DNA of 64,000 bases. Source: Lama guanicoe. Taxonomy: Eukaryota. Below are positions 10,116 to 22,288 of this stretch, in pieces (position 1 is the first letter of the stretch; each line of letters opens with the position of its first letter). The stretch spans positions 16,050,373 through 16,114,372 of the forward strand of contig MU053881.1 in assembly GCA_013239625.1 (NCBI GenBank). The letters run 5' to 3'. The notes under the pieces are model-generated. The model ran no database searches, had not been told where the DNA came from, and saw only the letters and a program-made list of their open reading frames with translations. The position numbers were made by a program, and so were the translations under genes.

Positions 10116-10810
10116 ATGTAGTGGGGTGCATGGTGGTCCCCCAGAAGAGATGTCTGTTTTGAGCCTCAGGGCCTATGAGCGTGATCTTATTTGGGAAAAG
10201 GGTCTTTGGAGATATGCCTAAATGATATGGACTGAATGTGTGTGTCTGCCCCAAATTGGTATGCTGAAGCCTAACCCCCAGCGTGATGGTATCAGGATGT
10301 GGGGCTTTGGGGAGGTGATTAGGTCATGAGGGTGGAGCCCCCAGGGATGGGATTGGTGCCCTTATAAAAAGAGACCCCAGAGGGTTCTCTCGCCCCTTCC
10401 ACCATGTGAGGACACAGCAAGAAGGTGTCTATGAACCAGACACCTCATCTGTCGGTGCCTTGATCTTGGACTTCCAGCCTCTAGTTCAGTCGGTGGTATT
10501 GTGTTACAGCAGCTTGAATGGACTAACACACTGAGTGAAGGATCTCAAGATTCTCAATCATCCTGGATGGGCTCTAAATCCAATGACAAGTGTCTTTATA
10601 AGAGACAGAAAAAGAGAAGACACAGAGGAGAGAAGAACGCCATGTGAAGACAGAGGCTGAGACTGGGAGGATGTGGCCACATGCCAAGGAACACCTGGAG
10701 CCTCCAAGAACCTCTAGAGGGAGACACGGCCCTGCCTATACCTTGATCTCACACCGCTGGCCTCCAGAACTGTGAGAGTCAATCCATATTGTTTGAAGCT
10801 ACCTCGTTTG
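10116..10810 (+). mobile_element. MLT1C/D-type MaLR solo LTR interrupted by an MLT1A-type LTR (~10223-10530)
   Basis: Typical MaLR motifs (gggtctttgcagat-like, gccatgtgaagacagagg, ccttgatcttggacttccagcctc). Confidence 0.75.
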
Positions 10811-11236
10811 CCTCTCACCACAGCCTGTTCATCACCTTCCTCAGGCTGCTGTCCCATGTTTGAGTCACAGCTCCCCTGTCCCACGGCCTCACCTCTCTGC
10901 TCTGTGAACAGTCCAGAGCACTTTGGCAGGGGCTTTCTGGGGACAGAGCCTTGGCACAGATTTTGCTACGTAAGGACCCAGGAGGGGTTCCCAGGTCTGT
11001 GGACTGAGAGGAGGTGGCCCAGGCTGACTCGAGGCTTCAGTGGGAATCATTTCACCCTGATGCGGCCACAGCCCGGGCTCTGGGTTTCTCTTCACGGAAC
11101 TGTTAAGCAAATGCCTGCCCGACTGAGCTTGGTAAATGCCATTGGCTTAGGAGATCAGACTGTTCTGGGACTGGAGGACCTGGACACCCTAGGTGTCCTC
11201 TGGAGGCCCAAGCCCAACCGCAAAGCCCACACCTAC

Positions 11237-11358
11237 TTGGAGTCAGCAGAGACTGGGGACAGCCCTGCATCTGGGCCGGAGGATGCATCGCCTGACTTCT
11301 TTTTCTGGATGGTCGGCTTCTTGGTGCCAGGCTCCCCGTCCACGGTTTCGGCTGAAGG
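11237..11358 (-). CDS. MYO9B: MYO9B exon ~24
   Basis: PSAETVDGEPGTKKPTIQKKKSGDASSGPDAGLSPVSADSK; ctacag| ... |gtagg. Confidence 0.92.
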
Positions 11359-11537
11359 CTGTAGGAGTAGGAGAGCAGGGCTGGGTGAGCAAGGGCAGGT
11401 GGCCTCACTAGAGGGAAAGCGGGGGTCCTGGTGCCACTGCGTACTCTATCCACTGTTCCCTTCTGGTGGCACCAGGGCAGTGGAGGCGGAAGTGGACTTG
11501 GACCTTCAGGGGTGAGCGCTGCAGCCTGAACGTTTAC

Positions 11538-11610
11538 CTGAGTCTTGGTCTGGGATGGGGACTGGAGGAGCTTGGAGACGTCGCTCGTGGATAAGGAAAT
11601 GCGCCTCTCC
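11538..11610 (-). CDS. MYO9B: MYO9B exon ~23
   Basis: ERRISLSTSDVSKLLQSPSQTKTQ; cgcag| ... |gtaaac. Confidence 0.92.
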
Positions 11611-11653
11611 CTGCGAGATCACAGAAATGTGGCTTTTACTGATGAGGGTGGTA

Positions 11654-11822
11654 GGAGACATTTTGGGTTGTCGGGACTGCACTTGGGGGAGGGAGGTGCA
11701 ATGGGCATCTGGTGGGAGGAAATCAGGGATGCTGCTCTGCACCCCACAGAGCCCAGGACGGCCTCCACCACAGAGGATAAGCCGGCCCCACGGGTCTGCC
11801 GTGCTGAGGCTGAGAAAGCCTG
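11654..11822 (+). mobile_element. MER20
   Basis: ggagacattttgggttgtc...ggcatctggtggg...gctgagaaagcctg. Confidence 0.75.
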
Positions 11823-11939
11823 CCCTAGCAGAAGGCCTGCATCTTCTCCAATTCTTCTTTCCTTTGGACAAGCAGGCCCCTGGGACAGACAAGGGGCTAG
11901 AGATTCAGAGTCACTGATATTTAGCTAACTAGGACTTAG

Positions 11940-12035
11940 GCAAAGTGTGTCGAGAGCTGCTACTTCAACCTCTGGGTGAGTGCTGTCACCCCAACTTTCT
12001 GATGAGGAAACTGAGGCCCAGGCAGGCTGGGGAGG
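11940..12035 (+). mobile_element. MIR core fragment
   Basis: gatgaggaaactgaggcccag. Confidence 0.55.
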
Positions 12036-12318
12036 GGAGGGTCTCAACCTGAGGGCCCACCTCCCACCAGGCTGGAGGCTTTCTGTGTGAACAGGGCTTG
12101 TTTTGGCCTTACCTTCCCCAAAACCTCCCCCTACCCCACCTCCTGTCTTCCTTCTTTGGGGCTCCCGCACACCTGTGGTCAGCTCTCAGGCATCGAGCTA
12201 CTTAGGTGCTTAGGGGATGCACGGTGCTGCCCTGGTCCTGTTGCCAGTCTTTGGCTGTGCATCACTGCAACCTGTCCGCCCACCCCAGCCCTCAGACAAA
12301 GGCACGTGCGGGGCTTAC

Positions 12319-13281
12319 TCTGTGGGCGTGAGGGCAGGCCTGATGGCCCGGTGCCGCTCACTGAGGTCCAGGGACTGGCTCAACATGGCGCTAGGGCCAG
12401 CGGTCATCAGTTTCTTGCCCCGCCACAGCTCCACAGCGGTGGCCAGCCGCTCGGCATCTGAGTCTCGGTACCGCTGGATCTGGGTGGCACCTCCAGGGCT
12501 CTCGGGCCTGTCCTGGGCTCTCGGGCTGACCCCCAGCTTGCCTTTGTCCTTGGGAGTCTCTGGGGTGGCACTGGGGACCAGCATGCCGACCCTGCTGTCC
12601 AGAGCCAGGCTGGTGGGCCGTTCCAGGTGGCCGGGCCCGGGGCTCCCGCTCTGGGCTTCCTCCAAGACCTGGCTGCCTGGCATGGCTTGTGCGGGCCCTG
12701 TGGGCTGCTTTTTAGGAGAAGCGATCTCAGTCTCCGTCCCTGCTTCTGGAGGGGTTTCATCTTCTCTGCTCTCCTTTCTGTTTTCTGGGTGGCTCTCCTC
12801 GTGCTCTGGGGCAGCCCTCCCGGAAGGTTCTCGGAGGGTGTGCTCTTCCTTGTAGGACTGGATGTGTTTGTTCTGGAGCTTAACGTGCTCCAGCCCCCTC
12901 TGCCGCCTCGACTCACGCTTTTCCCGGCTGCTGGGCACTTTCTCGTGACTTTCGGCTGCGCTCCTCTGGGGTGGAAGCGGCTTCTCCAGGCTCGGGACCT
13001 CCTTCTCCGGGCTCGGGATCTTCTCGGATTGGAAGCTCTCCCCCAGGGTCCCATCGCTGGGCCACGCCTTGGGCTCTGGCACCACCGGCTCGCGGTCCTC
13101 CGACAGTTCTGGGCCTTGCGCCACCGGCTCGCGGTCCTCTGACAGTTCTGGGCCCTGCGCGGGCTCCTGCCTGACTGCCTGGCCCAGCCCGACCTCGGCG
13201 GCCTCCTCTCTCGCTGCGGCTTGCTGGGTCTCCCTCTCCTTCTCTGCAGCCTTCTGCTTCTCTGCCATCATCTGGCTGAAG
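12319..13281 (-). CDS. MYO9B: MYO9B large tail exon ~22 (963 nt)
   Basis: [10 protein letters not shown]...[18 protein letters not shown]...ERPTSLALD...[10 protein letters not shown]...PALTPTE; matches ORF 12315..13271. Confidence 0.96.
13082..13159 (-). repeat. MYO9B: In-frame 39-nt tandem duplication in coding exon
   Basis: Two copies encoding [13 protein letters not shown], with two synonymous differences. Confidence 0.95.
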
Positions 13282-13992
13282 CTGGTATAAGGAAAGCAGA
13301 AGGGGTGGGTTCAGGAACAAAAGTGCGCGCCTCCGCCAGAATCCACCTAGGGTGTTGGGGACCCCTGTGCCATCTGTGGGGGGGCGGGGGTGAAGGAAGG
13401 CTCCACCTCTGCCAAGAGGCGAGACCCCAGCCCTCAGAGATGCTTCTGGAAAGGCGGCACCTCCTCAGCCAGGGCAGGGGGATACAGGGAGAGGCCTCCT
13501 GTTGTCAGAGCCACCTCTGCCGGGCTGGTTTATTGGGTCTGTTGTGGGAGGGATCTGTTAAGAAACCCCTGAATTCCTTTGGGGCTCCTTGTATGGTGGA
13601 CGCCCAAGCTTCATGTGTGAGTGTGGGGTGAGGGGAGCCTGCTGAGGGCTGGTCCCACTGGCCGGAATCCTCCAGCTCTGAATCCAGGTGCTCCACCAAC
13701 TGGCCTAGCGTGGGCAGGTGTAGTGGGGCGGCAGGGGGTGGTAATGTCCCTGGCAAAGACTGAGTGACACCAATGGCGACTTGGGGTTTTGGCAGTAGGT
13801 GCCGCCTACTGGCCCTGATCGTCTTTCTAGGGTCCCATGCACCCAGATGGTGAGATGTCTGCCGGCCCCTTCTCAGCCTCCCTGCGTCCAGAGTGACATC
13901 CTGACAGCTCCACTGGCTGGATGGTATCTCGGGCAGCTCTCAGGTGGGGGCAGTGTTCTGGGGGGCAGGGAGTTCGGCCCTGTTCTGCTCAC

Positions 13993-14159
13993 CTCTTGCG
14001 CTGCAGGTGACCCCGGCAGAGGCTCTGCAGGCGGATGATGCTCTGTCTCTGGCGCCGGTAGGCTACTCGCTGCTGGTAGCCCCTCCACGCGGCCTGGAGG
14101 TACACTGCCGCCTGCGTCCTCTCCAGTGTCCGGCGGACGCGGTAGGACCGCCAGCAGGC
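13993..14159 (-). CDS. MYO9B: MYO9B exon ~21b, IQ2-IQ4
   Basis: [55 protein letters not shown]. Confidence 0.95.
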
Positions 14160-14243
14160 CTGAGAGTGGAGCGGGCATTCAGGGGCCGGGCACGTGTGAC
14201 CCTAGCCACCCCCAGCCCTGGCCCCTTGGGGCCCTCCCTGTAC

Positions 14244-14393
14244 CTGGATGGTGACAGCTGCCCGCCTCATCTGCAGGAAGTGCTTGCGCTCCAGCACCAT
14301 CCGGAACCAGCTCTGCAGGAGCAAGATCTTGCGCACCACCTCCCGGTGCAGTGTCTCCTGCAGGGCCTGCCGCTCTGTCTCCTTCAGGAAAAC
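14244..14393 (-). CDS. MYO9B: MYO9B exon ~21a, converter end / IQ1
   Basis: [50 protein letters not shown]. Confidence 0.95.
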
Positions 14394-14519
14394 CTGGTGG
14401 CAGCGTGCAGGCAGGTCAGCATGGCCCCAGGACCCCTGTACTCAGGAGGTCTGCCCAGCCCGCCCTGGGCGCACGTGAGGCCAAGCTGGCGTGCTGACTG
14501 GCCTGACCAAGGGGAGCTT

Positions 14520-15090
14520 TTTTTTTTTTAAATATATATATTGAGATATAATTCCCATAACCTAAAATTAACTATTTAAAGTGAACAATTCAGTGGCATT
14601 TAGTACAGCCACAACATTGTGAAACCATCACCTCTACCTAGCTCTGGTATGTTTCTATCACTCTAAGGGAAACTCCGAATCTACTAGCAGTCACTTCCTA
14701 ATCCCCATCTCCCAACCCCTGGCAACCCCTAATCTGCTTTCTGTCTCTATGGATTTCCCCACTCTGGACATTTCATTTAGATGGGATCACACACTAGGTG
14801 CCCTTTGGGTCTGGCTTCTTTCACTCAGCGTAACGTTTTCAAGGTTCATCCATATAAACATGTATCAGGGCTGAGTAATGTTCCATCATATGAATGGCCC
14901 ACATTTTGTTTATCCGTCATCTGTTGATGGATACGTGGGTGGTTTCTACCTTTTGGCAATTATGACTAGTGCTGCTATGAATGTACGTGTTTGCACCTGT
15001 TTTCAAAGCTCTTTTGGGGCGATACCTAGGCGTGGAATTGCTAGGTCACGTGGTAACTCATGATTAACTTGTTGAGGGGCTGCGAGGGGA
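14520..15090 (-). mobile_element. L1MB-type LINE 3' fragment
   Basis: aagtgaacaattcagtggcatttagtac...ctggcttctttcactcagc...gctgctatgaat. Confidence 0.85.
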
Positions 15091-15396
15091 CTTTTCCTAT
15101 CAGGTAAAGCCCTGGTGCAGAGCTCCAGACACTGCAATGGTTACCGACTGGCCCCTGAACACCCCGTGCTATGGCGTGATCGTCCCTTCTACATGCGAGA
15201 AAACGAGAAACAGGCCTGATGCCCGAGCCCCTCACACCTCAGGTGTGCTCCTCTGCCTTCCAGGAAGAAAGAACATGCCCCAGGAAAGGCAATTCCCCAG
15301 CAGAACCACTTATTTTTCAGCGAGTGGCTTGGGCCATGGGTGCAGTGGAAGTGGGGGTCCAAGTTGGCAGCCACCCTGAGGGGCCCGAGTGCTGAC

Positions 15397-15519
15397 CTTG
15401 GTCTTGCCGATCTGGTAGCTCCTCTTGTCTATGTCCATCTTCTCCAGCAGGGCAGAGATGACCTCCCTGCAGGGCTGGGTGTTCTTGGGCAGCAGCACCT
15501 GGAACTGCTCTGTGAAATC
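15397..15519 (-). CDS. MYO9B: MYO9B exon ~20, converter
   Basis: [41 protein letters not shown]. Confidence 0.96.
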
Positions 15520-16134
15520 CTGGGTGATTTTGGCCGAGAAAGGAGAATCCGAGTGAGTGTTTCTGCCACCGACAAGGAGATGGGGCTCCAGCAACTCCCT
15601 GGTCAAGCTGTTTCTAAAGTCAAAACTTCGTTTGCTGGGAATGGTACTGACAAATCCTGGACTTTCTGAAACAGTCTAAAGCTTAAGAAAGACTGTCGCA
15701 GACACAGAGTTCTAGATCTTTTAGTCAGTCAGGGAGTGACCATCGAGGGCCTGCTGGGTGCTGGTGTTGCTGGGGTGCAGCCAGGAGATGGAGATGCTCT
15801 TGGGGGCCAGGGGCTATGAACTGTCAGAGGGCTGAACCACAGCTGGAGGCACGCCATTTTTAAGTAAAGAATTATGCAGATTTTTAAGAGCCAAGCATTA
15901 GTGAAATGGACCAGTATTTCCCCCTTTTCGGTCATTTGCCTTTCCTATTTACACAGGATCAGAAAGGTGGTATTTCCATTCTGGGGATGAGAAAAGGGAG
16001 GCATGCCACAATGAAGCCATGGCCCTGAGGCCATGTGGATAAAGCCTGAACAGGGACCAGGTGCTGCCACCTCTGGGTTCAGGCCCAGTGCTCACTTGAG
16101 CACCACACGGCTGGGGCCAGCTCCTGGCACAAGC

Positions 16135-16335
16135 CAGGGGTTCTTGACCTGGGCCGTGCTGATCCCTGGGGACGTTTGGTGATACGTGGAGACATCTTGG
16201 GTTGTCATAACTCGGGGGAACAGTGTCCCTGGCATCTTGTGGGTGGAAGCTGGGGATGCTGCTCAACACCCCATGGTGTGTAGGGCAGCCCTCACCACAG
16301 AGAATGACCCAGTCTTAAGTGTCAACGGTGACTGC
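16135..16335 (+). mobile_element. MER20
   Basis: ggggacgtttgg...ggagacatcttgggttgtca...gggatgctgctcaacacc. Confidence 0.75.
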
Positions 16336-16784
16336 TGTAATTTGGTCTTTACCAATTTGAGGTTATGAATGGTCCTCTGTGTTTCTAGAAAGCCCAGGGA
16401 GCCATCTCTGAAGTCATCACCTCCTTGGGCCTCAGTTTCCACACTGGGAAAATAGGAACCAGGGCCCCCCTGCTGCTGGTTGGTAGAATAAAAGAGCTGG
16501 GTATAAAAGCGTCTACTAAAGAAGATGTGCGATAAAGGGCAGAGAGGCACAGGGATTGGCTTGTGCAGTTCCCTCTTCCCTGCTTGGTGTCACACACGTC
16601 TTAAGAGGAATCGGGCACCCCACCATGAGAAAGAATGATCTGGTGCAAATGCCAACAGTGCCAGGATGGAGAAACCCTGGCGGAAAGTAACCTTTCATGA
16701 GCTGGGCTCATGCTCCAGAGAGGTGCTCTCTCTGGAGGTGGTCAGCATCCTGAGCAGCCATGAGTGTGCATGAGTGCATCCTAC

Positions 16785-16895
16785 CTGGAATGTGTACTTG
16801 GCGCTATAGCCCGACCTCCGGATCCGCACGGTCTCCAGCATGCCTGTGTAGCGCAGCTGCTGCAGCACCAGCTCGTCATTGAAGCACAGCTCTTT
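16785..16895 (-). CDS. MYO9B: MYO9B exon ~19, SH1 helix region
   Basis: [37 protein letters not shown]. Confidence 0.96.
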
Positions 16896-17679
16896 CTGAA
16901 ACAGGATTGAACGATCAGGGCAGATGCCTGCAGGTGGCTGGGGATGGGGAGCCCTGGCGGGAGGTACTGATTCCCAAGTGACTGCGGTCCCTTGGGATTC
17001 CAGGTATGGAGGCAGTCAGGGTACACACTGGGGCCCCAGGCTTCTCTGGGAACATCCCAGCATGGGTCGCCAGCATGGCAGCCATGGGCACCTGGAGGAT
17101 CTGTTTTTTTCCCCTTGCTCCAGACATTCTTTTTGGAAGAAAGGTGGGGCCACTCAGCAGTCATGCCTAAGGCATAAATCTCTTCAAGAAAACTTGGTGT
17201 CTGATCTGCTCTATTCCCTGGTGCCCAGGAGACAGATGCCACTTCCTACTGCCTAACTTAGGATAATATGCTGCAAAGACTTATCTTCTAAAGGCTCCTA
17301 CCCAAACCTGTGCTGAACTCACGCTCTGCACCAGGTTATCAGAGTAAGTACTAGGGATTCAGCAGAGAGAACACACTACCAGGCCGCCATGGGAGGGGTC
17401 ACAGGAGAGGGGACCCTGGGCTAGATCTGAAGGCTGACGAGAGGCTGGGAAGGGAGCAGCCGAGTGAATGCCCAGAAGAGGGAAGGGGAAGCTGAGGGGT
17501 GGGCAGGGACGCAGGGAGATGCTTGCTGCTGGAGGCGTAGGGGCAAGGGGGAGGAGGGGCTGAAACGAGGCTGACTCAGGGCTTCGAGTCCAGAGCTCAG
17601 GAGCCTGCACTCAACACCGGCAGCTGTTATTTGAAGTGGATGGAGGGGAGGGAATGGCATGAGGGGAGGGTTGTCACGA

Positions 17680-17795
17680 TGGGGCGGGGTGGGATGCTTC
17701 TGGCATCTGGTGGGCTCTTGGAGACCAAGGATGCTACTCAGTACTCTAAAAAGCATAGGACAGCCTCCCCAGAGCAAAGAACGATCTGCAGGCAT
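17680..17795 (+). mobile_element. MER20 fragment
   Basis: ttctggcatctggtggg...ggatgctactca...aggacagcc. Confidence 0.55.
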
Positions 17796-18699
17796 GGCCC
17801 CTGCTCAAAGCAGGTGTCTATGGAGTGTTCCTGAACTGCCCAAAGCTGAAGTAAGAATCCTAACGGGAGAAGGGAGCCCGATTCTGCTGTGGGAGGAAGG
17901 TGCGGGATGACAGACACCTTCTCTGAGACACCACTGGGGGGCCAGGAACGGGAAGGGAGAGGAGGAGATAGCACAAGTCCAGGTCCTCGCCCGGGAGGAC
18001 GGAAGCCGTGGCACCTGGCAGGGACGAGCCAGGCTTGGCATGTTAGCAGTGTGTCCTGGGAGCAGGGACAAGCCAGGGAAACAGGAAGAGTAGAGACAGA
18101 GCGTGAGTGAACAGCGTCTCCAGGAGGCTCGTGCCCAGAGATCCACTTGTGTCCAGGAGGGAGCCCAGACTCCAAATGGTCCCCAACAAGGTCCCGGAGA
18201 AGATGGAATGGCTGGTGGACCCCTGGGGTGAAGGAAGCCTGGCAGTAAGGGCTGAGAGGCGCTGGCGGCCCCCACTGGGGGTCCATGAGTCTTTCCAGAA
18301 ACTTAAGGATGAGCAGCAGGCTCTGTGCTCCTGTTGCCCGATGTCAGCCTCTTCCTTCCAGCCCCCTCTCTGCACTGGCTGCTTCTGAGATGTATCTAAA
18401 GAGCATCCCTGACCTGCTCTTCCTTGAGCAAACTTTCTCTGGGGCCTCTCCATATTCCAGATGATGTCCCTGCCCTTGGCTGGTCACCAGGCCACCCTTG
18501 CTGCCTCCTATTGACACTCCTCCACTCCCAGCTGGCAACAGCATGTTTAGTTCCCGAAACCTGTGTGAATACTTGGCTCCTTGAGGACTCTCCTAACCAA
18601 CCCTCCCCCCTTTGCACTGAGACACACAGGAACACCCAGCACTAAGTCACCAGATCCCGGCTTGGTGTTCACCCCTCAGGAGATGTGGGAGCCTCTCAC

Positions 18700-18780
18700 C
18701 TTCTCAGCATTGGAGCGGATGCAGCGGATGAAGAAGGGCTCTGCCTTCCCCAGTGCCTCCAGGAGCTTATTAAGGGATGT
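18700..18780 (-). CDS. MYO9B: MYO9B exon ~18
   Basis: [27 protein letters not shown]. Confidence 0.96.
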
Positions 18781-19377
18781 CTGGGGAAAGAGAGGGAAGG
18801 TGCTGAGCTGGGACCCCCAGGGGCACACCCCTCAGTGGGAGGGGACCCAGGTCATCCGCCTGCATCGGCGGTGGGGGCGTCTATGTCGATGTGGGACATG
18901 GGAGGTTGCAACTGGACCTTCCGACCAGAGGCTGTGTTACCCCAGGGTCCCTGTGGCTGAGAGCCGCCATCCTCCCAGGTCACCCAGCTCTTCTTTCTGT
19001 TTTAAGTGAAAGGTGAGGAGAAGGTGGTGGAACTAGATAAATTCTTTCTAGGGACTTAAAACATGTGTCAGCCTCAGAAGGGGCCACAGAATCAATGATT
19101 TTGGTCTTTGGCCTGCTGTTTCCAAAAAGGATCTGTGGGAGTTCCTACATGAGGTAATGACAAAAAAGCTGAAGTGGAAACAGAAGACGCAGACTGAGGA
19201 AAATGGGAAAGAACAAAAGAAAAAATGGTGAGGATCAGCAGCCATCGGACCCCACTGAAAAAGTAGGAAAAAAAGTGTCCCTGAGCTTCCTGGCAACCAG
19301 GGTAAAAGGGAAAATATGACCTAAGGACACAGTTCAGTGGTCACATTAACTCACATGCTTAACTCGAGTTTCTTTTA

Positions 19378-19591
19378 ACATGGTGGTTCTCAACTAAGGG
19401 CGATTCTGTTCCCCCAGGGGCATCTGGCAATGTCTGGAAACATTTTGGTTGTCACCACTGGAGAATGCTACTGGCATCTCGTAGGTGGAGGCCAGGGATG
19501 CTGTTCAACACCCCACAACACATAGGAAGGCCCCCACCATGGAGGATAACCCAACCCCAAATGTCAAGCAGTGCCAAGGTCAGGAACCCCG
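19378..19591 (+). mobile_element. MER20, near full length
   Basis: gtggttctcaac...caggggcatctggcaatgtctgga...gtgccaaggtcaggaaccc. Confidence 0.85.
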
Positions 19592-19671
19592 GTGCTGGGT
19601 TTGTTTTGGCCGAGCCACGTGAGTGTCAGGCTGGGTTAAGTGCCGCCTCCTGCCCCTGCTGGACCGCCTAC

Positions 19672-19794
19672 CTGGAATTGGGCGCTGATGCTGGGTGGTT
19701 TCTTCTTCTTGTGCAGGTGCAGCAGGGACTTGGTGGTGCGGTCGTGCAGGGTCATACTGATGATGAGCTTCAGGGATTTGGAGTCCAGCAGGTT
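19672..19794 (-). CDS. MYO9B: MYO9B exon ~17, end of loop-2 insert
   Basis: [41 protein letters not shown]. Confidence 0.96.
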
Positions 19795-20777
19795 CTAGGA
19801 CAGACACACAGGGTCTGGCCTGCCCTCCCAAAGCCCCAGAGGGCACCGGGAGGCATTGCAGACATCCCCAGAGCCAGGACAAGGCCCCCCGGGGTGGCAG
19901 CTCTTAGGATCAGTCTTGGGACTGTGCTGTCAGAGAGGAGGTGGGTCTGGCAGGCAGCCAGGGTAACTGGGGGATTGAGCCTGGGCTGTGACCTGTGGAT
20001 GGTGCTGCCTCCAGGAGGGCTGATTACAGCCTCTTGTGGTCTGAGTGCCCAGAAGCCGAGAGCTACAGAGTGCTGCCTTCATTCCACACAGCTCAAGGGG
20101 TGCCAAGAGCCCCGTGTTTCCACACGCACTCATCCGGCCCATCCTCCCACATGCGCCAACCCTACTATCGCTGATGAGTGGGACTAGGGCTGTCCCATCT
20201 GTTGGCCAGACAGAGGGGTTGCCCTTACGCTTTTGCTAACTTTATAATCCGTCTGCACGTTGTACATGGAGACTAGCCAGTGTCTGGGTGCACTTGACCT
20301 ATGGCTGGCAGCTGGGGTCTTGGTTGCCAGTGATGCCCAGCTGTCCCCGTTCTGGCAGAACCACCCTGGCTGAAGGGCCGCCTCTCCCTGGATGCCCAGA
20401 AGGTGCTGCATCCCATCCCGCCCTCTGGAGGTGGCTCGCAGCTAAAGATCTCCTATGTAGGGGTATGACAGAAGGGTCCCATCGCCTCTTGACAAGATAA
20501 GCTCTGTGATGCAGTTAACACTCCTGGGCTCTGTGGGGAATCAGGCTGAGCCCACCTCCCCCCAACCCTGTCTCAGGTTTCTCCTGGGAGCTCCCCACTA
20601 AACACCACTTGTGCCAAGTTCCCCATCACAGCCCTGCTTTCTAGGAAACCCAAAGAGACTTCCAAATCATTTCAACAGGAGACACATTTTTTTAAGAGAG
20701 GAAGGGGGAGATGGTGAGAAGGAGAAGGAACAAAAGAAGCCAGAGAAGTTAAAAGCCACCCCCCAACCCTGTTTTCC

Positions 20778-20785
<8 letters not shown>

Positions 20786-20824
<39 letters not shown>
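20786..20824. repeat. A39 homopolymer (U39 in pre-mRNA)
   Basis: Direct count. Confidence 0.95.
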
Positions 20825-20826
<2 letters not shown>

Positions 20827-20875
20827 TGAGCCAGGTGCCCGCAAGGCAGTGTTAGACGGTGACGCACGTGTTTAC

Positions 20876-20915
20876 CTTTGGAATGATCTGCTTTTGTTTG
20901 ATACCTTTACTTTTC
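20876..20915 (-). CDS. MYO9B: MYO9B 40-nt exon ~16, loop-2 insert
   Basis: KSKGIKQKQIIPK; ttgacag| ... |gtaaac. Confidence 0.93.
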
Positions 20916-22288
20916 CTGTCAAAATATTAAAAACGGTTTTGTGAACACAAGGGACACGCAGTCTGGATCTGGGTTAGTTCAGCAAGCCACGCCTTGTGGG
21001 TTAGATGGAGCCAGAAGAGAGAGAGCGGGGACTCTAGGGGCACAAGTGCAACGAGGCCGCCGCCTCGCCAAGGACCTGGGGGCTCCCTGTGCGTGTAGAG
21101 GGCGCTCCTGTGACTGTGCGCAGTGGCCTTACTGGGCCAGCGGCTGCCCCGGGATGGCAGGAGCACCTGGCGTGGGGGCTGGCTGCTAAAAGGGCAGAGT
21201 GTGCATCTGCGCGGGGCTGCTCTGGGGGAGCTGACGGAAATCACAAAGGGATGGTGGGACGCCCCAAACGGGGCTTCGAGGGATCCCGTGTGGCCCTGAC
21301 GCCTACGAGTGTCCCAGCTCTATTTGCTGTATGTTGGCAAACGCCAAGCAGGCCCACAGCAACCCTTCTGGACACCCCCCCCTAAGCAGGGCAAGGGTCT
21401 ACCTCCCAGAGATCTGAGATGGGGCCTGGATAGGGGTGCCTTCTGGACTTGAACTAGTGGAAGGTTAAAAACGAAAGCTAATCTTCTGGCCAAGGGAGGG
21501 GGGACGACCCCCACATTCTCAGACACTTTAGGAATCTTGTGGGAAGAGAAAGGTTTTTTAAAAATCTGCAACTTGGCCTGTTTTAAAGACCCGCTGGGAA
21601 ATGGTGCCCCACAGACCTGCGAGACGCTCGGCCGGGAGTTCTTTGTGTGTCAGGTTTCATCTTAATCCCCGTGGGGTGGAATAAGGCATAATAAAAATGA
21701 CTTTGTAAACGGGCCCCACTGCAGGCACGAGCTTCGCTCTCGGCCGGCCTGAGCCCTGCGTGGCCGCCTGCCTGGTATGAAAATCATCACTCCTGCTCTG
21801 TAGACACGGGCCAAATGCTCAGAGCACTCAGGTCACGCAGTGAGTTAGTGGGAGGTCCAAACCCTATCTGCGTGGTTTCTGGCCCTTTCTACCACGTCAT
21901 GCCCACGATGCAGGGTCATGGGCCGCAAAATCGCACACCCTGCTGCTGACGGCTGCTGTGTAAACTCGCAGTGGCAAAGGTGGTGGGGGTGGGAGGGGAA
22001 GCAAGCCTTGCTCTGCACGTTTTGGGGGCAGAAAATCAGATGCTTCATGGGAGGAGTGTTTCTGTGAAGCTATGCTGGGCACTGGGGAGCTGGCAAGGAT
22101 ATGGGTCACAGCGCAGACACAGGGGTGGGAGGATTACGAGGACCACTTAGCGGCGGCTGGCGTGAGAATGGAGCCACAAGGCAGCGCAGCATTTAGAGCA
22201 GCTGACTCAGCGTTACAGGAACAGGGAGCGGGGAGGCGGTCGTTGCACTTGTGGGAGAAGGGGGTGCCCGCAGCCTGGGGGGACTCAC

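Noticed and set aside
10772..11515. Long plus-strand ORFs (also 12217-12855, 13944-14531, 19465-20187, 29259-29792)
   Set aside because: They are antisense shadows of GC-rich exons and repeats, with no recognisable domains or plus-strand splice structure.
14160..14243. Retention of the 84-nt intron as an in-frame extra IQ insert
   Set aside because: It contains an in-frame TAG at its 14th codon and no IQ-like sequence.
21845..22109. Extra loop-2 coding exon from the ORFs here
   Set aside because: The candidate acceptors give an early stop in the required phase 2, and I found no convincing donor.
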